DNA from: Dehalococcoidia bacterium | Lineage (GTDB): Bacteria > Chloroflexota > Dehalococcoidia > Plut-88900 | Length of the DNA: 64,000 bases | Direction of reading: 5' to 3' | Assembly (NCBI GenBank): GCA_965197585.1 | Contig: OZ240215.1 | Location: forward strand, 2,208,001-2,272,000 | Shown: one piece after another, positions 48,994-57,730 of the stretch | Layout of the letters: each line of letters starts with the position of its first letter | How positions within the stretch are numbered: the first letter of the stretch is position 1 | Made by a program: the position numbers and the translations under genes | The notes under the pieces: model-generated | Seen by the model: only the letters and a program-made list of their open reading frames with translations | Database searches by the model: none | Told to the model about the DNA's origin: nothing

Positions 48994-49934
48994 CCGTCAT
49001 GGAGTTCGGAGTCACACAAATCGGCGGCAATGAACGGAGCGCCGTTCAGCAGGGGATCGATGCCGAGGGCTGGGGCTACGCCATCTACTGGGCCCCCGAG
49101 TTCCTGGCCATTCCCACCCTGGAGCCCTTCGCCGTCCTCTCTGCCGCCGCTCAACACACCAAGACCATCAGGCTCGGCACGGGTGTTGCTGGCTTGGCTC
49201 TTCGTAGTCCCGTCCAGCTCGCGAAGGCCGCCGTAACCACTGACATCCTTTCCGATGGCCGGCTGGTTCTCGGCCTCGGGCTCGGAGGAGTCGTTCCCAA
49301 GGACCTGGAGGTCGAAGGAATCCCCAACCTCCGGGAGCGGGGCCGCGTCTCCAATGAACGACTCGATATCCTCTATCGCCTCTTCACCGAGAAGTCCGTC
49401 TCCCATTCCGGCGACTACTACAAGTTCGAGGACTTCACCCTATCCCCCGACCCCGTCCAGAAACCACACGTACCCATCTGGATCGGTGCCCGATGGACCG
49501 GCAAAATTGCCGACGCCGCCCTCAAGCGCGCCGGCACATACGCCAACGTCTTCATCTTTCCCGCCGACACCCCCACGAACTATTACCCCTACGCCAAGGA
49601 AAAGGTCCGCTCCTACGCAGAAGCCGCAGGCCGAGACCCCGACACCATTGGCTACGCCGGCACCATGTGGACCTGCCTTGGCCCCACACGCGAACAGGCA
49701 AAGGCCACTGCAAACCGGGTAATCCCCAAGATGCTCAGCGTTCCGTGGGTAGTTCAGGATAACGCCTGCTACGGCCTCGGCACCCCAGAGGACTGCATCG
49801 CAACCGCTGACCAGTTCGCCGACCTAGGCGTCTCCCACCTCATCCTAGCCCCCTGCTGCGACCCCGAAGAGACCACCGCCCAGACCGAACAATTCGGCCG
49901 CGAAGTGATCCCATATCTTAAAGGTGCTGACTAA
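48990..49934 (+). CDS. LLM class oxidoreductase (close tandem paralog of 48043-48993)
   Basis: Long identical blocks, e.g. SPVQLAKAAVTTDILS, IPNLRERGRVSNERL. Confidence 0.9.
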   Translation: MTVMEFGVTQIGGNERSAVQQGIDAEGWGYAIYWAPEFLAIPTLEPFAVLSAAAQHTKTIRLGTGVAGLALRSPVQLAKAAVTTDILSDGRLVLGLGLGGVVPKDLEVEGIPNLRERGRVSNERLDILYRLFTEKSVSHSGDYYKFEDFTLSPDPVQKPHVPIWIGARWTGKIADAALKRAGTYANVFIFPADTPTNYYPYAKEKVRSYAEAAGRDPDTIGYAGTMWTCLGPTREQAKATANRVIPKMLSVPWVVQDNACYGLGTPEDCIATADQFADLGVSHLILAPCCDPEETTAQTEQFGREVIPYLKGAD

Positions 49935-50863
49935 TGAGTAAGCTACAGTTCGGCCCCCTCTTCTTCCCGACCAAAGAAGGTCCCGAGGCCCTTGAGCTAG
50001 CCCGGATGGCCGACGACCTCGGCTATGACTACTTCTGGGTCCCCGACTACGTGACCCTTCCCTACCTCGACGCCTTCGTCCTCCTCGCAGCCGCCGCCCG
50101 TGAAACCAAGAACGTCAGGCTCGGTACCGCCGTGACCCTCGCCCCCTTCCGCTCCCCCTTCCAGATGTTCAAGGACGCCGCCTCCGTGGACGTCCTCTCC
50201 GATGGTCGGCTGACCTTGGGCATAGGCATCGGCGCCGTGGCCCGTGACTTCGAAATAGCCCAGGTCGACTTCCGAAAGCGCGGTCGTATCTCCGATGAGT
50301 ACATCGACATCACCCGCAGACTCCTCGCCGGTGAGAACGTGGACTATGACGGTGAGTTCTACAGTTTCCGGGACCTCACGATGGGCCCTCGGCCCGTCCA
50401 GCAGCCCGTCCCTATCTGGATTGGCGCCAACGGCATGAACGGCTTCCCAAAGGGCGTGTTGCGAAGGGCAGGACGCCTCGGCGACGGCTTCTTCCCCACC
50501 GAGACCCCCGTCGAGACCTTTACTGAAGCCCAGGCCAGCATCCAGGAACACGCCGAGGCCGCAGGCCGGGACCCCGGCACTATCGGTTGGGGCCTCCTGA
50601 CCTGGAGCGCCCTCGCCAACAGCCGAGATGAAGGCATCAAGACCGCCGAAAGGGAAATCGGCGCCCGCCTCAACAAGGTCCACTCCGTCAACCCGGACGC
50701 AGGCTACGCCGTCGGGCGCCCAGAGGACATGATCGAGACCATTGAGTCCTTTGCCGCAATCGGCGTCACCAACTTCGTCATCGACCCCGGTTGCCACCCC
50801 CGAGACATCCGCACCCTCGTCGAGACCTTTGCCAAAGAGGTCATGCCCCACTTCCGTAAGTAG
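49934..50863 (+). CDS. LLM class oxidoreductase
   Basis: GYDYFWVPD, LGTAV, GRLTLGIGIG. Confidence 0.9.
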   Translation: MSKLQFGPLFFPTKEGPEALELARMADDLGYDYFWVPDYVTLPYLDAFVLLAAAARETKNVRLGTAVTLAPFRSPFQMFKDAASVDVLSDGRLTLGIGIGAVARDFEIAQVDFRKRGRISDEYIDITRRLLAGENVDYDGEFYSFRDLTMGPRPVQQPVPIWIGANGMNGFPKGVLRRAGRLGDGFFPTETPVETFTEAQASIQEHAEAAGRDPGTIGWGLLTWSALANSRDEGIKTAEREIGARLNKVHSVNPDAGYAVGRPEDMIETIESFAAIGVTNFVIDPGCHPRDIRTLVETFAKEVMPHFRK

Positions 50864-50890
50864 CCGACGGTTCAAGCCGAGGAGACTGAC

Positions 50891-51871
50891 ATGGCGTTGA
50901 AAATAGGCATCCACGCGGGCCCCCAGGACTGCTCATACGAAGACCTGAAGCGGCTCTGGCACATGGCCGACACCTCAGGGTTCTACTGGGTATCCGTCTG
51001 GGACCACTTCTACGAGACCCCCGTCATCAATGGCAAAGGCCCATGCTTTGAGGCCGTTTCTATAATGACCGCCCTCGCGGCGGAGACCAAAAACGTCCGC
51101 GTGGGCTGTCTCGTATTCTGTGTTGGTACCCGCAACCCGGGCCTACTGGCCAAAGCCGCCGTCACCATTGACCACGTCAGCAACGGGCGTTTGGAGCTGG
51201 GAATCGGCTACGGCCCCTGGGGGCCGGAATACGTCGCCTATGGACTCGATCTACCTGCCATGAAGACCCAGATGGACATCCTGGAGGAAGCGGCGCAAAT
51301 CACGCGCTCCATGCTCCACAACGGGACCACCACCTTCCAGGGAAAACACTTTCAAATCGAAAACGCCCACGTGTACCCCCGACCCGTCCAAGACCCTCCG
51401 AGACTCTGGATAGCCGGAATCGGGGAAAGGCGCATCCTCCCCATGGTCGCCCGCTACGCCGACGGCTGGAATGCAACCTACATCCCCGACGCCGCCTTCG
51501 AATCAAAAAACCGGCTCTTAGATAGGCTGTGCGAACAGGAAGGCCGGGACCCCGCCGACATCGTCCGCTCCTGCAACGTAGGCTTCTACATGGGCGCCGA
51601 CGAAAAGTCAGCCCGGCGAAAGCGCCGGGAGTTCGAAGAGAAGTGGGGACGCGGGGAAGCCGGACCAGATGACGCCAACTACGACAAGGACCGGGACTAT
51701 CTCTCGGAGTTTGAACAGGGAATGATCTTAGGCACCGCCAAGGACGCCATCGAGCGCCTCGGCGCTCTGCAAGACGTCGGCGCCGACCAGGTCAACATCT
51801 CCGTCCGCGCCCCCTTCGACTGGGAAGGCCTCCAATCCTTCGTAGAAGAGGTCATACCGGCCTTCAATTAA
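50891..51871 (+). CDS. LLM class (probably F420-dependent) oxidoreductase
   Basis: GFYWVSVWDHF, RNPGLLAK, GRLELGIG, YADGWN. Confidence 0.9.
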   Translation: MALKIGIHAGPQDCSYEDLKRLWHMADTSGFYWVSVWDHFYETPVINGKGPCFEAVSIMTALAAETKNVRVGCLVFCVGTRNPGLLAKAAVTIDHVSNGRLELGIGYGPWGPEYVAYGLDLPAMKTQMDILEEAAQITRSMLHNGTTTFQGKHFQIENAHVYPRPVQDPPRLWIAGIGERRILPMVARYADGWNATYIPDAAFESKNRLLDRLCEQEGRDPADIVRSCNVGFYMGADEKSARRKRREFEEKWGRGEAGPDDANYDKDRDYLSEFEQGMILGTAKDAIERLGALQDVGADQVNISVRAPFDWEGLQSFVEEVIPAFN

Positions 51872-51891
51872 ATGGCCCTTCCGTAACACCC

Positions 51892-52104
51892 ATGAGTACA
51901 GCCCACAATGCGAAGGTCACATTCATAGTCAGTGTGGACGAAATCGACGGCGGCTATTCCGCCAGCGCTTTGGAGTACGGCATCCACACCCAGGCCGAAT
52001 CCCTAGACGAACTGCGCCACAACATCAGAGAAGCCGTAGATTGCCACTTCGACCCTGGGCAGGCCCTACCAAGAATTCAATACGCTTTTGGCACTCCAAT
52101 TTAG
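51892..52104 (+). CDS. HicB-like antitoxin domain protein (orphan)
   Basis: DGGYSASALEYGIHTQAESLDELRHNIREAVDCHF. Confidence 0.7.
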   Translation: MSTAHNAKVTFIVSVDEIDGGYSASALEYGIHTQAESLDELRHNIREAVDCHFDPGQALPRIQYAFGTPI

Positions 52105-52133
52105 TTTCGTACGGGATGGCGCGTCCTGCTAGA

Positions 52134-53477
52134 CTACCCCTCCCCCACCACCCGATCCACGAACTCCTTAGCCAACCCTAGGTAGGAGTCCGGGTCCAGC
52201 AGCCGATCAATCTCAGCCTCCGACAGAACGTTCGTCACCCTCTCATCCTCCATCAACAGCTCCTTCAGCCACCGACCCTCTTCGAACGCCTTCTGCGCCG
52301 CCTCGTAGACGACGTCGTGGGCGGTGAACCGGCCCAGGGTCTCCGCGAGCCCGATCATCACCGCCTCCGACATGATCAACCCGCGGCTGTGGTCGAGGTT
52401 CCGGCGCATGGCATCCGGTTTCACCTGCAGGTTCTCGAATATCCCGATTGACAGGTTCAACACCCCCGCGGCCAGGATGCACCCCTCCGATACGAAGTGC
52501 CACTCGCTGTGCCACACCGCCGAGTCCCGCTCGTCCTCGTGTTCCAGCCCCTCCAGCGCAACGCCCGCCAGCCCGCGAATAGTACGAGCCACTGCGATAA
52601 CCTGCTCCGACCAGGTCGGGTTCCGCTTCTGGGGCATCGTGCTGCTCCCCACCTGCCCCGGCCCGAACTTCTCTTCCAGTTCGCCCATCTCCGTTCGCTG
52701 CATCAGCACGACCTCGTGGGTCATCTTCGCAAGGCTGCCCGCAATCATGGAGAGTATCGCCATGAACTCAACAAGATTGTCCCTCGCCGAGTGCCACGTT
52801 ATAACAGGATTGCCGAGCCCCAGCTCCTCCATCAGCGCATCCCTCACCTCGGATGCCCGCCCCCCCAGTGATGATAGCGTCCCCGCTCCCCCGCTGAACT
52901 GCCCCACTAGCAGCCTGGGCTTGCACTCCTTCATCCGTTGAATGTGCCGACTCATCTCGTCCGCCCATACTGCCACCTTGTACCCGAATGTGATCGGCAA
53001 CGCCTGTTGTCCATGCGTCCGGCCCGCCATCAGTGTCCCCCGATGCTCCTTTGCCAGATTCACCAACGCTTGCTCCACACGGCCCAGGTCTCGCATCAGG
53101 ATCGCCAGGGCTTCCCTGATTTGAAGCACCATCCCCGTGTCCATGATGTCCTGGGTAGTCGCTCCCCAGTGGATATACTCCCCCGAGTCCCCCGGACAGT
53201 GCCGCTCAAGCTCCTTGATTACCGGCACGATCGGGTGCCGGGTCACGTCCATGTCCCGCTTGATCGCTTCGATGCTCATCTCATCGGCATTACAGTGGGC
53301 CGCTATGGCGTCTGCGGCTTCCTGTGGAACAATCCCCAGCCGCCCCTCCACCCGGGCAAGCGCCGCTTCGACATCCAGCCACCTCTGTAGCTGATTGCGC
53401 TCCTCGAAAATCGTCCGCATCTCGTCGGTGCCGAAGAGGTCCTTAAAGAACGCCGAGTCCAGGGGTGTAGAGCCCAT
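52134..53477 (-). CDS. adenylosuccinate lyase / 3-carboxymuconate cycloisomerase family protein
   Basis: HWGATTQD, GRTHGQQA, GSSTMPQKRNP. Confidence 0.9.
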   Translation of the reverse strand: MGSTPLDSAFFKDLFGTDEMRTIFEERNQLQRWLDVEAALARVEGRLGIVPQEAADAIAAHCNADEMSIEAIKRDMDVTRHPIVPVIKELERHCPGDSGEYIHWGATTQDIMDTGMVLQIREALAILMRDLGRVEQALVNLAKEHRGTLMAGRTHGQQALPITFGYKVAVWADEMSRHIQRMKECKPRLLVGQFSGGAGTLSSLGGRASEVRDALMEELGLGNPVITWHSARDNLVEFMAILSMIAGSLAKMTHEVVLMQRTEMGELEEKFGPGQVGSSTMPQKRNPTWSEQVIAVARTIRGLAGVALEGLEHEDERDSAVWHSEWHFVSEGCILAAGVLNLSIGIFENLQVKPDAMRRNLDHSRGLIMSEAVMIGLAETLGRFTAHDVVYEAAQKAFEEGRWLKELLMEDERVTNVLSEAEIDRLLDPDSYLGLAKEFVDRVVGEG

Positions 53478-53669
53478 CTCATGTTCCTTTCGATCTGAGG
53501 TGGATTTTGGTAACGTCCGCCTAGCCTAATCCCGACGAATCGGTATGGCAACAGTGGCCGGCATTTATGTTCCTATGTTCCCTGCACCAGATGATTGGTC
53601 GCCCTCTTTTGAAGATGCTATAATGGAATGTGTCCCAATTGGGGCACTAAACTGTATAGGAGGTGCGTG

Positions 53670-53933
53670 ATGCCCAAAACCGCAATGGTTCGTGCTCGCG
53701 TGGAGCCGGAACTGAAACGACGTGCAGAAGAACTCTTTTCTGAGCTCGGCCTCTCAACCACAGAGGCCATAACTTTGTTCTACAAGCAGGTCGCCATCCA
53801 CCATGGCCTCCCCTTTTCTGTAAGGATTCCCAACGCAGTAACTGTCGAGGCAATGCGACAAGCAGAGAACCGAGAGGACCTTATCGAATACTCCAGTCTC
53901 GATGAGTTTAAGGAAAGCCTCGAGCAAGCATAG
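53670..53933 (+). CDS. dinJ: RelB/DinJ family antitoxin
   Basis: VRARVEPELK..LGLSTTEAI..GLPF..PNAVTVEAM; AGGAGG RBS. Confidence 0.88.
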   Translation: MPKTAMVRARVEPELKRRAEELFSELGLSTTEAITLFYKQVAIHHGLPFSVRIPNAVTVEAMRQAENREDLIEYSSLDEFKESLEQA

Positions 53934-54200
53934 ATGCGGCTTCTCCAAACGAGGCAGTTTAGAAGGGACGCCATCAGGGCAAAGAGGCGAGGCAAGTCCC
54001 TCGACAAACTGTGCGCGGTAGTAGAACTACTTTTGTCAGGCGAGCCCCTCTCTGAACGGTACAGGCCCCACCGTTTGTCCGGTCGGAGGTCTCATTATTG
54101 GGAATGCCATATTGAACCGAATTGGCTTTTGATCTGGTTTCGAGAAGAGGGTGACTTGCTTTTGGTACGTACTGGTACACACTCCGACCTATTCGATTAA
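53934..54200 (+). CDS. yafQ: YafQ family mRNA interferase toxin
   Basis: HRLSG, ECHIEPNWLLI, RTGTHSDLF. Confidence 0.92.
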   Translation: MRLLQTRQFRRDAIRAKRRGKSLDKLCAVVELLLSGEPLSERYRPHRLSGRRSHYWECHIEPNWLLIWFREEGDLLLVRTGTHSDLFD

Positions 54201-54261
54201 CCCGTTAATCCCCACCCTCGCGCTATAATGTCCCCACCCAACCCCACAGGAGGACCCCGAC

Positions 54262-54663
54262 ATGAAGAAAGAGGTCGTCAATTCACCCAAGATCGGCAAG
54301 GCTTTTTCCAGCACCACCTGTCACGCCACCAAGGCCGGCGGCTTCCTGTTCATCACCGGCCAGGTCGCCAACCCCCCGGACGTCGGCGGCAACCCCCATT
54401 CCACCCCCGAGATGGGCAGTATAGAGCAGCAGGCCACCCAGGTCATGGAGAACCTCAAGGCCATCCTCGAGGAGGCCGGTACGTCTTTCGACAACGTCCT
54501 CAAGCGCAACGTCTATCTGACCCACATCAACGACTTCGACCCCGTCTACAAGGTCATGCAGACATACCTCACCTCGCCCATGGCCAGCACCGGCATCCTC
54601 GCCGGCCTGATCCCCCCCAGCGCCCGACTCGAGATTGAGCTCATCGCCGTCATCCCTGACTAA
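54262..54663 (+). CDS. RidA/YjgF family protein
   Basis: FLFITGQ, ENLKAILEEAG, NVYL, LEIELIA. Confidence 0.88.
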   Translation: MKKEVVNSPKIGKAFSSTTCHATKAGGFLFITGQVANPPDVGGNPHSTPEMGSIEQQATQVMENLKAILEEAGTSFDNVLKRNVYLTHINDFDPVYKVMQTYLTSPMASTGILAGLIPPSARLEIELIAVIPD

Positions 54664-54693
54664 CCCCCCATTCACACATAGGAGAATTCCTAC

Positions 54694-55119
54694 ATGTTCA
54701 TCCGCCTGCACCACGTCGGCCTCCTCGTCAAAGACCTCAACGAGACCAAGAAGCTCTACTGCGACCACTTCGGTCTCACACCCGGCCGGGAGTTCGACCT
54801 CGTCGAAGAAGACGTTCGCATCCTTAACATCCCTATCGGCGAAAGCATGATCGAGGTCAACCAGGTCATCAATGACGACAGCGGCGTGGCGCGTTACCTC
54901 GGAAAAAGGGGCGATGGCCTCCACCACATCTGCCTGGAGTCCGACAACCTGGACGCCGACCTGGAGATGCTTAAACCCCTCGGCTACGACCTCATCAAAC
55001 CCATCGGCTCCAACGACTACGGCTTCCGAGTCGGGTGGATTCACCCCAAGCAGGCGCAGGGCGTCCTAATCGAACTCTGGGAGAACCCCAAAGGCAAACC
55101 CGACATCTCCCGCTCGTAA
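54694..55119 (+). CDS. VOC family protein (methylmalonyl-CoA epimerase-like)
   Basis: HHVGLLV, IE, GDGLHHICL, IHPKQAQGVLIEL. Confidence 0.88.
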   Translation: MFIRLHHVGLLVKDLNETKKLYCDHFGLTPGREFDLVEEDVRILNIPIGESMIEVNQVINDDSGVARYLGKRGDGLHHICLESDNLDADLEMLKPLGYDLIKPIGSNDYGFRVGWIHPKQAQGVLIELWENPKGKPDISRS

Positions 55120-55130
55120 CCCGGCGCTAG

Positions 55131-55469
55131 CTACCCGTACAACCCGTCCGTCTTGGCGGCCATAATGAAGTCGTTGCGGTGCAGGTTTCTGATTTTGTGC
55201 GTCCACCAGGTCACACGCACCTTACCCCACTCGGTCACCAGTCTCGGGTGGTGACCCTCGGCGTCTGCCGCGCTCCCCACAGCCTCGGTAAAGGCCAGCG
55301 CATCCCCGAAGTTCGAAAACTTGAACGTGCGGTCCAGCTTGGGAATTCCCCCCTCGTCTATCAACTCCCATTCCGACACCTGCGGGTGAAGCTCGGCGAT
55401 CTCCTCTTCAGTAACATGAGGCGCATCTCTCCGACAGGCCACACACCGCTCCTGCGTCAATGTTGTCAA
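55131..55469 (-). CDS. pterin-4-alpha-carbinolamine dehydratase
   Basis: EGHHP, WWTHKI..LHRNDFIMAAK; GGAGG RBS before TTG. Confidence 0.92.
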   Translation of the reverse strand: MTTLTQERCVACRRDAPHVTEEEIAELHPQVSEWELIDEGGIPKLDRTFKFSNFGDALAFTEAVGSAADAEGHHPRLVTEWGKVRVTWWTHKIRNLHRNDFIMAAKTDGLYG

Positions 55470-55724
55470 CGTTCTTTCCTCCAGCCTTATCCAATGCCCC
55501 CACATGGTACCGGACTAGGGGCGAGCGTCGGGGCAATGCCCCGACGCTCGCCCCTGTTCATTCTTCCCCCTCTCCCTTGAGGGCCCTAAGGGAGCGGGGG
55601 ATAAAGGGGGAGAGGGTTCTTGCCCTTCCCCTTGCCGCCCCCCGTCTTCTACGATATATTACATCGGCTGATAGCCGTAACGACCTGCATTTCGGCTCAA
55701 CCTTTACCAATCCGGGTGATTTCT

Positions 55725-55922
55725 ATGGCATACGCCGAGCAAGACAGCATAGCGGCCGACATGCAGTTCAAGAGCCCCAGCGGGCTTACCATCAAGACCA
55801 CTGGCAACACCGTCTACCTGGACGCCGACAGCATGTACGTCCACGAAGTCGAAATCGCCGATGGTGAATGGACCGGCGAAAAGTTCCTCCTCAACCTGGA
55901 CTTCGCCGAAGCCCTTTCCTAG
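55725..55922 (+). CDS. small acidic hypothetical protein
   Basis: 65 aa, C-ending codon usage like neighbouring host genes, GGTGA RBS. Confidence 0.65.
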   Translation: MAYAEQDSIAADMQFKSPSGLTIKTTGNTVYLDADSMYVHEVEIADGEWTGEKFLLNLDFAEALS

Positions 55923-56049
55923 CCTGCACCGGCACTTCCCTCTTCGGTCATTCCTGTGTAGGCAGGCTGTAAGTGCGCCAAGGCGTGAATCCATCCCCCC
56001 ATCGGCTAGAAAGCATCACTTATTACGGCGCAATTAGTGATGCTTCAGT

Positions 56050-56502
56050 TTATAAGTGGGGTGGAGCGGAAGAGAGCCCCCTCCCCACCCCCTCAAAAAA
56101 CCGCCCCGCCATATTGTTAGCAACCCCCTCGAACATCCGCCCCCCGAGCCACCCCAACCCCCCGCCCATCTTCACCTCGACTCGGTACTTCACCATAGTT
56201 CCCTCCCCCGACGGTGAAAACCACACCTCCCCGTCCCCCGACACCGGCCCCAAAGGCCCCTCCCCCAAGATCAGCACCCGGCTATACGAATCCGGTGTCT
56301 CTTCACGGTATCGAATCTCTCCCTCGTAACTGCCCTTCATCCCTCCGAAATCCGCCTCGAAGACTGCCTTGAAAACCCCATCATCAACCCTCTCGACGCC
56401 CTTGCAAGCAGGTATGGAACGAGCCAGGGTGTCGGGATCGTGTAGTGCAGTCCAAACCTCTCCCGGCGAGCCTGCGAGCGTCACCGCGCCTTCTATCTTC
56501 AA
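56050..56502 (-). CDS. CoxG / SRPBCC family protein
   Basis: VWTALHDPDTLARSIPAC, LGGRMFEGVA..FFE. Confidence 0.85.
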   Translation of the reverse strand: MKIEGAVTLAGSPGEVWTALHDPDTLARSIPACKGVERVDDGVFKAVFEADFGGMKGSYEGEIRYREETPDSYSRVLILGEGPLGPVSGDGEVWFSPSGEGTMVKYRVEVKMGGGLGWLGGRMFEGVANNMAGRFFEGVGRGLSSAPPHL

Positions 56503-56512
56503 ACCTTCTCCA

Positions 56513-57607
56513 TCACAACGCCCGCAGAATCTCGCCCCTCAGCCGCTCTACCCAACCGGCAATCGACCTGTTGGACAACACCCTCACCCCCGACACCCCC
56601 ATCATCCGATAGACCCACCCCCGGCTCACCTTGCTCCTACTCGATGGATCGAGCCACTCCTTATTTCTCGCTAGCTCCGCCAACGTCCCCAGTCCCATCA
56701 GCAACGGCCAAGCCACGGCCAACCGAAGCCGATAGTGCTTTGTCGGAATCGCTTGAAGGTATCCGCTTGCGGCTCGGTAGTTGTCCAGTGCCCTGTTGAT
56801 ACCCCACACCAGCGCGGGCCTTGCCTTGGCGCTCGCCCCGGCATCGAGCAAGTCTTCCGCCGAGAGCCCACACCCTTCAAGCACTCCCCTTGGCAGGTAG
56901 CACCGACCCAAGCGCAGGTCCTTCGGCACGTCCCTGAGGATATTCGTCAACTGCAATGCCTTACCGAACCTGACTCCCTTCTTACTCATCTCCCTGGCAT
57001 CCCAGCCCCCGAGCCCAGGATTGTGGTCCATGCTCATCTCGGTCCAGAACTGGCCCACGCAACCCGCCACAAGGTAGGTGTATTCATCCAGCTGCTTCGC
57101 CGTCTCAAAACCCGACACCCCTTCCCGGCGGAAATACGTCAGGTCCATCTCCATCCCCTGTGTCAGCGTCACCACGACTTGCCGCACCCGAAACCGGTCC
57201 ATCTCCCCAAGACCCTCAAGCATCGATATGACCTTGGGCATCGACCTGATCAACTCTCTCTCCGCTCGCTCTGACTTGGGCGAAGCTCCCACCCTAACCG
57301 ACCGTGCCAGTGCCTCAATCTCCCCTAAGTCCCCCGGCCCGTCCACTTGCCTCCGAAAGTCGAGGAGCGCAGTCAGCCTGTCCTGCGCGGAGGGGGTGTT
57401 CGTATCGGCAATCGTGTCCGCTGTCCGCGCCAGCAAATAGGCGAGTCCCACAGGAGTCCTGAGGTTTCCTGGAAGTACGCGAAGAGTGAGATAGAAGGCC
57501 CGGGACGTCTCTTTTAGCGCGGGCCCCAGCAGCCGGGCCTGTTCATCCGGCGTTACGGGTGGCAGCCCTCCCCCGACCCTCGATTCTTCCAAGTCCCCAA
57601 CTGCCAT
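56513..57607 (-). CDS. squalene/phytoene synthase family protein
   Basis: TSRAFYL, DTIAD, YLVAGCVG, LQLTNILRD, GRCYLP. Confidence 0.92.
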   Translation of the reverse strand: MAVGDLEESRVGGGLPPVTPDEQARLLGPALKETSRAFYLTLRVLPGNLRTPVGLAYLLARTADTIADTNTPSAQDRLTALLDFRRQVDGPGDLGEIEALARSVRVGASPKSERAERELIRSMPKVISMLEGLGEMDRFRVRQVVVTLTQGMEMDLTYFRREGVSGFETAKQLDEYTYLVAGCVGQFWTEMSMDHNPGLGGWDAREMSKKGVRFGKALQLTNILRDVPKDLRLGRCYLPRGVLEGCGLSAEDLLDAGASAKARPALVWGINRALDNYRAASGYLQAIPTKHYRLRLAVAWPLLMGLGTLAELARNKEWLDPSSRSKVSRGWVYRMMGVSGVRVLSNRSIAGWVERLRGEILRAL

Positions 57608-57730
57608 TTTAGCTAGGCTAAGCCTAGACCCACCCCCTCATGCTAAGCCCGCTGAAAGTGAGCCTTTGGCGGAAAGGATCGAAGTATGAGTGATGCGCCC
57701 AAACCACACTTGCTGAAGTAAAGCCCACCC

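Noticed and set aside
52134-53477. Naming this gene purB or pcaB
   Set aside because: Motifs are shared across the superfamily; cannot discriminate without a phylogeny
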